Assembly (NCBI GenBank): GCA_034659915.1
Contig: JAYEID010000013.1
Location: 74,917 to 138,916 of the forward strand
Direction of reading: 5' to 3'
Length of the DNA: 64,000 nt
Origin: Patescibacteria group bacterium
GTDB taxonomy: Bacteria; Patescibacteriota; WWE3; JAUXAW01; JAYEID01
The position numbers and the translations under genes were made by a program. The notes beneath the pieces are model-generated. The model did not search any database. It was not told the DNA's origin and saw only the letters and a program-made list of their open reading frames with translations. Below, piece after piece: positions 1 through 8,001 of the stretch. Numbering within the stretch: the first letter of the stretch is position 1; the number at the start of each line of letters is the position of its first letter.

Positions 1-493
1 ATTGGATAACAGCAGATGGAGATGCGGGGAAAGCTAAGATTACACGTGATCCGGAAAGGGATGATATCGGTGCTGATATTGATGAGAGTATGGTAGTGGA
101 GTTCTATTCCCGTTAATGGCTGATGTTGTTGTATAATAATGTGTTTGGTGTGGTGTCGATGGTTGTTCGTTGAAAAATAGCGTTAAGTATAGTTAAGAAT
201 GGTTAAGTGTGGTAAAAAATTGTTGGGTCAAATGTAGCGATAATTGTTTTGTTAAGTTGGCGTTAAGAAGAGGTTAAGTGTTAGGGAATTAGATTTAACA
301 GCAGAGCTCTGACGATGCTACTTAACGCAGTTTCCGAACTGCTCTTAACACGAGGGTCGCTAGATCCGAGTACTTGGCGTGAGCGAAGCGAGCTTTTTAC
401 GATTGTAAGGAGGCTAATCAGGGCGGTTTTCGAGATATATGTATTTTTCAATTTTACTGTTTGTTTACACCTTTCGAAAGGGGGTTTAGTTAG

Positions 494-1447
494 ATGTTAG
501 ATCCAAAAAATGTTTCTCTTATAGTTGAAGACGAAGAGGAAAAGTCTGCCCGATTTGTTCTACGTCCATTACCTGCCGGTTTTGGTCGTACTATAGGTAA
601 CTCTCTCAGAAGAGTTCTCCTTTCTTCTATTGAAGGAGCGGCAGTAACTGAGGCACGTTTTTCTGGTGTTCCGCACCAGTTTACAACAATTGATGGGGTG
701 AAGGAAGATGTGGTGCAGCTTATCTTAAATTTGAAAAAATTGCGCCTTCGCATTGAAGGAGAAACTGCTGTTGCATTGAGCCTTTTAGCAAAGGGAACTG
801 GCGAGGTTACAGCTGGTGATTTAGAGGTACCTGCGGGCGTAGAAATAATTAATAAAGATTTGGTTTTGGCGACGCTTACTTCTAAAGATGCTAAATTGGA
901 AGCCGAACTATTAGCTGAGAAAGGTTACGGATTTGTACCTTCGGAGGAGGGGGAAAAGTCCCGTGTGGGTGCTGTTCTTTTGGATGCGGCTTTTTCACCG
1001 GTAAAAAGTGTTTCCTGCAAGGTGGAGAAGACGCGAGCAGGAGATCTTTCTAATTTGGATTCATTGGAGATGCAAGTAAAAACTGATGGAACTATTTCAC
1101 CCCGAGAAGCTTTCTTGGAAGCTTCTGAGTATTTAATGAAATACTTTTACCGACTTACTCAAGGTGAGCAGGAGGTGAAGTTGGAAGAAGAAAAGAAGAA
1201 ACCATTAATGACGCAAGAGGAGAAGCAACATCCTCTGGAGGATTTGGAATTACCAACTCGAGTAACAAACAGTTTGAAAGCTGGGGGTGTTACAACTTGC
1301 GGAGACTTAATGGAGATTATTTGGGAAGAGGGTTATGAGGCTTTGAAGGAGATACCAAAAGTAGGCGAGAAATCAGTGGAAGAGATAAAGAAAAGGGTTA
1401 GGGAACGAGGTTGGGTAAAAGATTTAGAGGAAGAGGAAGAAGAGTAG
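494..1447 (+). CDS. rpoA: DNA-directed RNA polymerase subunit alpha
   Basis: 317 aa with N-terminal FVLRPLPAGFGRTIGNSLRRVLLSS block and C-terminal alpha-CTD-like tail; followed by rplQ as in the conserved rpoA-rplQ arrangement; ATG at 494, TAG stop. Confidence 0.9.
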   Translation: MLDPKNVSLIVEDEEEKSARFVLRPLPAGFGRTIGNSLRRVLLSSIEGAAVTEARFSGVPHQFTTIDGVKEDVVQLILNLKKLRLRIEGETAVALSLLAKGTGEVTAGDLEVPAGVEIINKDLVLATLTSKDAKLEAELLAEKGYGFVPSEEGEKSRVGAVLLDAAFSPVKSVSCKVEKTRAGDLSNLDSLEMQVKTDGTISPREAFLEASEYLMKYFYRLTQGEQEVKLEEEKKKPLMTQEEKQHPLEDLELPTRVTNSLKAGGVTTCGDLMEIIWEEGYEALKEIPKVGEKSVEEIKKRVRERGWVKDLEEEEEE

Positions 1448-1507
1448 GAGTAAAAGGCAAGTAATTTATCTATTTAGTTTAATTCTGAAGCTGGCTTGGT
1501 TTTTGTT

Positions 1508-1870
1508 ATGAAGAAACAGTACAAACTTGGACGAAAAAAAGCACACCGCGAATCATTACTTTCTAATCTTGCGCGGGAATTAGTTGAACATGGGAGAGTG
1601 AAAACAACGTTGGCTAAAGCAAAGGCGTTACGACCTAAGGTTGAGCGAATGGTAACTAAGGCAAAACGAGGTAAGAATAGCGATTATCGTGAATTACTTA
1701 AATTTTTTCGTTCAAGAAAACATGTTGATAAGATGATTGAGGATATTGCTCCTCGGTTTTCAGAGCGAGGGGGAGGATATACCAGGATTTTGAAGTTAGG
1801 ACCGCGGGGAAGTGACAAGGCGGAAGCAGCTTTGATTGAGTTTGTGGAGCGCGGGGACCAAAACGAATAA
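1508..1870 (+). CDS. rplQ: 50S ribosomal protein L17
   Basis: MKKQYKLGRKKAHRESLLSNLA... is a typical L17 N-terminus; start placed at ATG 1508 (ORF track opens 12 nt earlier at 1496). Confidence 0.9.
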   Translation: MKKQYKLGRKKAHRESLLSNLARELVEHGRVKTTLAKAKALRPKVERMVTKAKRGKNSDYRELLKFFRSRKHVDKMIEDIAPRFSERGGGYTRILKLGPRGSDKAEAALIEFVERGDQNE

Positions 1871-1884
1871 AAGATTAATTTGTA

Positions 1885-2316
1885 ATGACGACTAAAACCT
1901 ACGTAACAAAGGAATCTGACATTGAGCGCGAGTGGCATCTTTTTGATGCTAAGGGGGAGGTTTTGGGGAGGTTATCATCACAAATAGCTCCCTTGCTCAT
2001 GGGTAAAAATAAACCAAAATATGCTCCTTATCTTGATTTAGGTGATTACGTAGTGGTTGTTAATGCCCAAGATTTGGAGATAAAAGGTAAGAAAGAAAAA
2101 AAGAAAGTTTATTATCGTCATTCGCAGTATCCTGGTCATTTGAAGCAAGAAACGTTAGGGGAGCTTATGGAGCGAGATCCAACTGAGGTTATTTACCGTG
2201 CTGTAAAAAGAATGCTTCCAGCCAACAAGTTGAGGGATAAAAGGATGAGCCGGTTAAAAGTTTATGCGGGCGCGGAACACCCGCATGAGGCCCAAATCCG
2301 AAGTCCGAAATCCTAA
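1885..2316 (+). CDS. rplM: 50S ribosomal protein L13
   Basis: 143 aa; ...HLFDAKGEVLGRLSSQIA...KYAPYLDLGDYVVVVNA...YRHSQYPG... L13 signature; precedes rpsI. Confidence 0.9.
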   Translation: MTTKTYVTKESDIEREWHLFDAKGEVLGRLSSQIAPLLMGKNKPKYAPYLDLGDYVVVVNAQDLEIKGKKEKKKVYYRHSQYPGHLKQETLGELMERDPTEVIYRAVKRMLPANKLRDKRMSRLKVYAGAEHPHEAQIRSPKS

Positions 2317-2487
2317 ATTCGAAACAAGCACGAATGTTCAAAATCCAATTGACACGAACACTAATCTTTTTGCGGATGTTTTGAAAATTTGGATTTATAT
2401 AATTTGAATTTGTCGCCTCTCCGGCGACCTGCCGAGGAGGTACGGTTTAGGATTTAGATATTAGGATTTAGGGTTTTTCATTAAATT

Positions 2488-2895
2488 ATGTCTAATAAGA
2501 GCAATAACCAACAATTTTATAGGGGTGTAGGTAGAAGGAAAACTTCTACAGCAGTGGTTCGCCTTTTTGACAAAAAGGGAGAAATCTTGGTTAACGGTAT
2601 GCCTATTTCCGATTATTTTTCGGGAGAAAAGGCTAGAAAGAAGTATATGATGCCTTTTGATGCATGTGGAATGACCAATAAGTTTAGCGGTGATATTAGG
2701 GTAAGCGGTGGCGGAACTACAGGACAATTAGATGCGACTGTTCTTGGTATTTCCAGAGCACTTCTAGAATACGATGAAGAGCTCAAGGCTGCTCTCAAGA
2801 AGTATGACCTTCTAACTCGTGATCCGCGAATGAAGGAGAGGAAAAAAGTTTATCATCGGGGTGCACGGCGCAAGCCCCAATTCTCCAAGCGGTAA
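2488..2895 (+). CDS. rpsI: 30S ribosomal protein S9
   Basis: 135 aa ending ...YHRGARRKPQFSKR, the hallmark S9 C-terminus. Confidence 0.9.
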   Translation: MSNKSNNQQFYRGVGRRKTSTAVVRLFDKKGEILVNGMPISDYFSGEKARKKYMMPFDACGMTNKFSGDIRVSGGGTTGQLDATVLGISRALLEYDEELKAALKKYDLLTRDPRMKERKKVYHRGARRKPQFSKR

Positions 2896-3005
2896 CCAAC
2901 GCTAATTTACGCGAACAAAAGAACACGAATCTACGTGAAATGAAGGACGAGGTTTTTGTCACTGATTAAAAATGTTATTCTTGCGTATTCTTTTCTGTGT
3001 TGGAG

Positions 3006-3038
3006 GCTTTCGGTTAAGTGCCGAAAGCTGATTTTGGT
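3006..3038 (+). terminator. Rho-independent terminator after rpsI
   Basis: Perfect 8-bp stem GCTTTCGG/CCGAAAGC with 7-nt loop followed by TGATTTTGGTT. Confidence 0.6.
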
Positions 3039-3227
3039 TGACTTTCACCCCTTTTTATGCTATAAGTTATGTAGTTTCAGACTGCGCCTCTCTTCGAAAT
3101 CCTACTGCAGTTTGACATAAGTTCGGCCCCCATTCAGCGGTCCGGACAGTTTTTTGTTTTAATCGTGAGATAGGGAAACTGTAAGAAGTTCAAGTCTGAG
3201 TATTCATAGTAACAAAGGAGGTTGGAA

Positions 3228-3812
3228 ATGTCGGAAAAGGAAAAAGTTGATGGGTACGAGTACAAACTAGCCCTGGTTTTGGGCCTTGGCGTCTTGATCC
3301 TGCTTCTTGTTGTGGGATCTTCTATGGCACGAGGTTTCCATAATTCGGTTGCGGCGGAACGCTTGAAGGCGGAAGCAGAACGTCTTGAGGCCGAAGCTGC
3401 TAGATGGAAGGGGCGGGCCGAATCTTACAAGGCAGAAGCTTCCTTCTGGGAAGGACGTGCTACTGCTTACAAGAACGAGGCTGAAAAGTGGCGCGGCGTA
3501 GCGGTCTCACTGCAAGCACTAACTGAGCCATTGGGTGCGGCAGTAGCGGTGATTCTTTCCGTTGCTGTTCTAGTTTTTGCTGTCGGTGGCGCAGTTGCTC
3601 TTGTCCGTATTGGCTGGGGGTTCGGTCGCGGTGGCGAAGCACAAATGAAGGCTCGGGCAGGTGCTTTTAGTTCTTCTGGCCAGCACACGACTTGGGATGT
3701 TCTCCCGAGGAAGGCTGAGACTAAGCAGGAGTATGTTGCCCCGCCCGGATCCGCTGTTGCGAAGCGGCTTCGGGAGTTGGGTGTAGATGTTCGGGAGGCT
3801 GGCCATGCCTAG
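3228..3812 (+). CDS. hypothetical membrane protein with coiled-coil segment
   Basis: SD AAAGGAGG 6 nt before ATG 3228 (ORF track opens at TTG 3222); N-terminal TM helix, repeated AERLKAEAERLEAEAARWKGRAESYKAEA heptad-like block, second hydrophobic segment; lies in GC-rich islet. Confidence 0.55.
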   Translation: MSEKEKVDGYEYKLALVLGLGVLILLLVVGSSMARGFHNSVAAERLKAEAERLEAEAARWKGRAESYKAEASFWEGRATAYKNEAEKWRGVAVSLQALTEPLGAAVAVILSVAVLVFAVGGAVALVRIGWGFGRGGEAQMKARAGAFSSSGQHTTWDVLPRKAETKQEYVAPPGSAVAKRLRELGVDVREAGHA

Positions 3813-4587
3813 AGATTTGGCGAATCCCGCAGTCAGGATGGCAGCAGTTCTGACTTTTTGTGCTCTTTTTACAATTGGTTTGGCTGTAGCTGCGCTCGGC
3901 CATGCCCGTACGGTTGTGGCGAGTGCGGACGTTTCGGTTCGGGAGGTGTCGGAAGCAAGAGCTACGCCGCCGGGAGCGGTGGAAAAGGAGAATACGAAGG
4001 AGGGCGAACCGGAAACAGAGCCAGAACCGGGGCCGGAGGCAATACTAAAACCGGAATCGAACCCGGAGGCGGAGGTTGCCAAAGAAGGTCTTTCTCGCGT
4101 GTGGCCGCAAGAGATACTTGCTTTGGAAGGTCTGGTTGTTGAAGCTGCAAATATGTTCGGGCACGATCCAAACCTTGTGGCAGCTCTTATAAAGACAGAG
4201 AGCTGGTTCTCACAAAAACGGTGCCCGAAGAATAGACCTGACCTTTGGGGTGAGCCCGGGACCAGGCGTTACAACGAATGCAAGACGGCTTGGCAGCTTT
4301 GTCCCGAGGGTCCTGCTACCTCGTCTTGTACATCTGTAGCAGGGGCAAAAGGTCCGGCCCAGGTCATGCCTTATCATTTTTTCCCTGGGGAAGATGGGCG
4401 TGACCTTAGCACAAATATCTATCGCGGAGCGGAAATTCTCCGTGATTATACGGACAGGAAGGGGGGCAATATCCGAACGGGTCTTGCCGCCTATTACTGT
4501 GGTCCTAACAAGACCACTTACCCTGCGCACTGCTGGTCGTACGTGGAGAAAGTTATGGGAAATTACGGTGATGCGATTCAGCAGTAA
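3805..4587 (+). CDS. lytic transglycosylase (SLT-domain) with N-terminal TM anchor and Pro/Glu-rich linker
   Basis: SLT catalytic blocks ALIKTESWF (catalytic E-S), GPAQVMP, NIYRGAEILRDY, GLAAYYCGP; GGGAGG SD 6 nt before ATG 3805 (ORF track opens at 3787); overlaps previous gene by 8 nt. Confidence 0.7.
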   Translation: MPRDLANPAVRMAAVLTFCALFTIGLAVAALGHARTVVASADVSVREVSEARATPPGAVEKENTKEGEPETEPEPGPEAILKPESNPEAEVAKEGLSRVWPQEILALEGLVVEAANMFGHDPNLVAALIKTESWFSQKRCPKNRPDLWGEPGTRRYNECKTAWQLCPEGPATSSCTSVAGAKGPAQVMPYHFFPGEDGRDLSTNIYRGAEILRDYTDRKGGNIRTGLAAYYCGPNKTTYPAHCWSYVEKVMGNYGDAIQQ

Positions 4588-4832
4588 CACGTTTTTTGTT
4601 TTTGGTACCTTTGGGAGGCGAGTGGTTGGTTGGTTCCTAAACCAACACTCGTCTCCTTGTTCTTTTTTTGCTATTAGTGTTAAATTAAAAGTAATTAAGG
4701 CAGATTTTTGGGATATCTTTTATTTTAAAGACCTGCTTTTAATTACACAGGAGAGTGAAGGGAGAAGGAAAAAAAAGCACTAAAAATACCAGAATGTCCA
4801 TCAATTTTCTAGGATCTAAAGCTAAGGAGGCA

Positions 4833-5291
4833 ATGACAGTGGAAAGAGATGTACCCAGAGTTGTAGATGAAATTTTTTGGGAGCTTTTCAAGTACCATCA
4901 GGAGAATGGTGCTAGAGGTTTTATGCCCCCTCCTCCTGAGGAGGCGGAGGAAATCTTGGCAACGGAAATACTTCCACAATTCCCACCAGCAATCCAGGAA
5001 GAGCTCTTGGGGGGTTGTGTTTGTACTCTACCGCCAGATGGGTGTTCCGAAGAGGAGCGTGCGGCCTACCGCACGCTAGGGAGAACAGCTATCTACTATA
5101 CGCTACTTGGGTACCCACCGGTTAATATGTCATTACCGCTGGAAGAAACCTTGTCGTTGTCTCAAGCACCGGGGTGGATGCGCGAAAGGAAACTACCCCC
5201 TGGTTTTGACGGGATGAACTTTGAAGAGCGTTGTTTTATGTTCGGGTTTCTGCAAAATGGCGACCAAGAACAAGACAAAGGAGAGATGTAA
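4833..5291 (+). CDS. hypothetical protein
   Basis: Open frame 4755-5291 (GTG at 4755, ATG at 4833 preceded by AAGGAGG); no recognisable domain; start uncertain. Confidence 0.4.
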   Translation: MTVERDVPRVVDEIFWELFKYHQENGARGFMPPPPEEAEEILATEILPQFPPAIQEELLGGCVCTLPPDGCSEEERAAYRTLGRTAIYYTLLGYPPVNMSLPLEETLSLSQAPGWMRERKLPPGFDGMNFEERCFMFGFLQNGDQEQDKGEM

Positions 5292-5587
5292 TGTGTTCTG
5301 GAGATGAGCTAGTGTGGAGGCTTTTCGAAGTTTCTGATGGCTTGGCGCTACCTTCCGAAGATGGGGAGCTGAAAAGACTAGCGGAGATTGTTGTTTGCGG
5401 GCTTCCGGAGGATGAAATACCGGATGCTTTGGACTATCTCTGGAACACTTTTGGAATCGAGTTAAATTTGGACGATCTTTTTGCATGTCCACCCGATCCG
5501 GAAGAGGTGGAATGGTTGATGGACACAGGAATAAGGTATTCCGAGCCTGTGGAGAGTTTGAAAGTAATTTCAGGCCACGTCCCTTGA
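5291..5587 (+). CDS. hypothetical protein (translationally coupled, TAATG overlap)
   Basis: ATG at 5291 overlaps TAA stop of previous ORF by one base (TAATG); 99 aa acidic protein; no recognisable domain. Confidence 0.4.
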   Translation: MCSGDELVWRLFEVSDGLALPSEDGELKRLAEIVVCGLPEDEIPDALDYLWNTFGIELNLDDLFACPPDPEEVEWLMDTGIRYSEPVESLKVISGHVP

Positions 5588-5626
5588 ACGTAGTCGTACC
5601 TGCTTAGGATGCTAGGGAGATTTCAG

Positions 5627-5680
5627 GGCAGTTCTCGCGAATGGGTTCGAGAACTTTTGGAACTAGTTCCGAGAACTGCC
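5627..5680. repeat. nested inverted repeat at right edge of GC-rich islet
   Basis: GGCAGTTCTCG (5627-5637) pairs with CGAGAACTGCC (5670-5680); inner GTTCGAGAAC and GGAACTAGTTCC palindromes. Confidence 0.4.
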
Positions 5681-6058
5681 ACTATAAGTATTTTGGAGTT
5701 AGGAGGATAGTTGTAAGAATGGTTGGTTTCGGAAGGGTGTTGGCTCTCACGAACGCAAGGGAGGTACGTCCAATGACGTGCGCCGAGAGAGCTTCTGTTC
5801 GAGGACGAGTTGTGAAACCTAGGTGTTTATGATCTTTATAGATACCAGCTAGATAGGTTTCCGCTCGTCCTTTCTTTTTGTACTTAACCATTTTTGGTGT
5901 GGTTTAAGCCACTTTTGCGTAATATTCATTTCTTGTTCTTTGCGCTTTCTCAATATTATGCTAAAAATGATTGAAGCAGTTTTTTATAAATCCGGGGGGC
6001 TGCGTACTGCAAAAGAGGGGTGTATTTGGAGTGGGGCATATAGTGAAAGGAGAAGGGT

Positions 6059-6259
6059 GTGCCTAACACGGGATCCATATTGGTAGCGCTGGGGTTGATG
6101 GAAGAGCCTGAAAGGTCAAAGCGCAAGGCGTTGTGTGTCCGCTGCCGGGGCGCAGAGGCTGCGGAAAATAGCAAGTATTGTTCTAACTGTATTAAGGCTA
6201 TAGAGCATAACAAACAGCGATTGCGGGAGGATCGCGATACCGACGAAAAATGCTCGTGA
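6059..6259 (+). CDS. possible small zinc-ribbon protein
   Basis: 66 aa with CVRC...CSNC spacing typical of a zinc ribbon; weak coding evidence. Confidence 0.25.
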   Translation: MPNTGSILVALGLMEEPERSKRKALCVRCRGAEAAENSKYCSNCIKAIEHNKQRLREDRDTDEKCS

Positions 6260-6417
6260 AATGCGAGAGATCTTTTTGGGAGCTGTCTAGTCCAGGGGAT
6301 TAGGTATTGGGGAAACAAAGTATCTATATCCTTTTCGAAGGGTGAGTTCGTGAAGTCTAAGGTGTTTGTTTATAAACACTTGCTGCTAGACTTCAGGCCT
6401 TACCCTTTCTTTTTTAT

Positions 6418-6446
6418 TTGCAGATACGATCTTTTGGGGATATAAT
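6418..6446 (+). promoter_or_regulatory. sigma70-type promoter for tRNA-Pro
   Basis: TTGCAG-17 bp-TATAAT, with -10 ending 7 nt before the mature tRNA 5' end at 6454; preceded by a hairpin plus T-run (about 6355-6415). Confidence 0.55.
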
Positions 6447-6453
6447 AAGGTTG

Positions 6454-6530
6454 CGGGGCGTGGCGCAGATGGCTAGCGCGTACGCATGGGGTGCGTAAGG
6501 TCGCCGGTTCAAGTCCGGCCGCCCCGACCA
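6454..6530 (+). tRNA. tRNA-Pro (anticodon GGG)
   Basis: Cloverleaf folded by hand: acceptor CGGGGCG/CGCCCCG, D-stem GCGC/GCGC, anticodon stem TACGC/GCGTA with loop ATGGGGT, T-arm GCCGG-TTCAAGT-CCGGC, discriminator A, encoded CCA. Confidence 0.85.
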
Positions 6531-6558
6531 CTTTTAATCTCCACCAAATATTCTATTT

Positions 6559-7887
6559 TTAAGAAACCAGCTCGCGCAGTTCCCGGTAAAACCTTTGGAG
6601 ATACTTTTCAGCCTCTTGCCAATGTTTTTCTCTTTCCGTGCTCGAAATTCCTTCTTTTTCAGCCAAATCATGTTCAAAAGTTGCCATTGCTTTCCAATGT
6701 GCAGCTTCCCTTAGTTGGAGTTCCGATTGTTGGTAGAGCTCACCATAAAGTGCACTAAAAGCCTTTTCTAGTTCTAGTTTATTAATACAACCCTCTAGTT
6801 TATCGTGAACTTGCCACCAGGTAATCTCCAGCTCAGCAGCTTTCTGTGGGTCAAAATCTGCTTCCATATTTTCCAGTGCAATTGAGTAGAAGCTTTCCAT
6901 TGCATTTACAGCTAATTCCCAATTCCGTTGGTTGTGTCCTTCCATGACAGCTCTGAACATTGCTTTTGTCATGTTGGTAGCGTTTTCGTTCCCAACATTA
7001 TAAAGTTCTTTAATCCAGTTGATGAAAATTCTCTGCATTTTTTCTATATTATCTTTGTTGTGTGCCTTCCACCAGCTAATTTCCAGCTCGGCAACCTTTT
7101 CGGGCTTAAAGTTTACGTTGGGAACGGATTGGTCTGCCCCGCCAAAACGGCGCCGTCTTCGGCTAAAGTCCAGGACTGCGTTTTTTAATTTTTCCGGTGA
7201 GAAGTCTGGGAAATGATCTCGTTCCCAGTAGATCTCGCTGTAAGCAGCTTGCCAAGATAGAAAACCGCTTAAGCGTTGTTCCCCCGAAGTTCTAATTACC
7301 AAATCAGGATAAGGGTGGGGTTGATCTTGCATATCGAGATAATTTTTGAAACGGTAATAAGGATATTTCCCAGCGTATTTTCCAACATTTTCTTTAATAT
7401 CTTTTGGATCAATTTTCCGTGTTTCTATATCTTTAATTATTTTTTCAACGCTGCGCAGTATTTCATCATGCCCCCCGTAATCCAATCCAATATTTAGAAC
7501 AAAACTTTTGTTGTTTTTTGTTTCTTCTACTGCGTTTTCAATTTTTTTCCTTAGCTGGCTTGGAATTCTATCTTTGCGCCCTAAGTGGTAGATACGCACG
7601 TTATCCTTTTTTGCGTCAGCAAGGTTGTCATCGATGAACTTTTCATATAGTTTCATTAGATAATTTATTTCTTTTTTGGATCTGTTCCAGTTTTCAGTGG
7701 AAAATGCCCAAACTGTGGTAGTGTGGATGTCCCAGTCGCGAATAGTTTGGAAAAGCTTGGGCGCAAGATCAAAACCCCTCCGGTGCCCTTCTAGTGTAGG
7801 CAACCCCCGTGCCCGTGCCCATCTCCTGTTTCCATCCGGAATTATTGCAATATGGCTAGGGAGCTCTGTGTTTGGGGGAAGCTCAAT
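6559..7887 (-). CDS. uppS: undecaprenyl-diphosphate synthase with about 190-aa C-terminal extension; start codon unresolved
   Basis: VWAFSTENWNR, DYGGHDEILRS, RTSGEQRLSGFLSWQAAYSEIYW blocks. Canonical-start ORF is 6559-7803 (TTG), but the essential N-terminal ELPSHIAIIPDGNRRWARARGLP is encoded in-frame upstream (7804-7908) with no ATG/GTG/TTG; the only in-frame candidates are ATT (7885-7887) and ATA (7900-7902). Confidence 0.75.
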   Translation of the reverse strand: MELPPNTELPSHIAIIPDGNRRWARARGLPTLEGHRRGFDLAPKLFQTIRDWDIHTTTVWAFSTENWNRSKKEINYLMKLYEKFIDDNLADAKKDNVRIYHLGRKDRIPSQLRKKIENAVEETKNNKSFVLNIGLDYGGHDEILRSVEKIIKDIETRKIDPKDIKENVGKYAGKYPYYRFKNYLDMQDQPHPYPDLVIRTSGEQRLSGFLSWQAAYSEIYWERDHFPDFSPEKLKNAVLDFSRRRRRFGGADQSVPNVNFKPEKVAELEISWWKAHNKDNIEKMQRIFINWIKELYNVGNENATNMTKAMFRAVMEGHNQRNWELAVNAMESFYSIALENMEADFDPQKAAELEITWWQVHDKLEGCINKLELEKAFSALYGELYQQSELQLREAAHWKAMATFEHDLAEKEGISSTEREKHWQEAEKYLQRFYRELRELVS

Positions 7888-7912
7888 ATCAGTTTTTGGT
7901 ATAGTATCTTAC

Positions 7913-7941
7913 ATTGTAGTCTCAGGCGTTGTTTTTTTCAA
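7913..7941 (-). promoter_or_regulatory. sigma70-type promoter upstream of uppS (TTGAAA-17-TACAAT)
   Basis: Minus strand reads TTGAAAaaaacaacgcctgagacTACAATGTAA; the -10 overlaps an ATG immediately followed by in-frame TAA (7914-7909). Confidence 0.5.
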
Positions 7942-8001
7942 GTTAACGGGGTTTGTGTCTCGGGTCTTTTAGTATAAAGTGTTTTATGTTATCTTTAGCC
8001 T

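Noticed and set aside
1684-1938. 84-aa minus-strand ORF overlapping rplQ/rplM
   Set aside because: Antisense to two highly conserved ribosomal protein genes; spurious.
3570-4171. Long minus-strand ORFs (3570-4082, 3962-4171) and plus ORF 3858-4142 overlapping the transglycosylase region
   Set aside because: High local GC generates long stop-free antisense frames; the sense frames carry recognisable SLT motifs and SD-led starts.
4394-4783. 129-aa plus-strand ORF overlapping the 3' end of the transglycosylase gene
   Set aside because: Out-of-frame overlap with a well-supported CDS, no SD, Arg-rich low-complexity translation.
7909-7911. In-frame TAA in uppS as evidence of stop-codon reassignment (alternative genetic code)
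   Set aside because: All other genes terminate normally at TAA, TAG or TGA (for example TGA at 53144-53146 with an overlapping downstream start), and protein lengths are ordinary. A local anomaly is more parsimonious.
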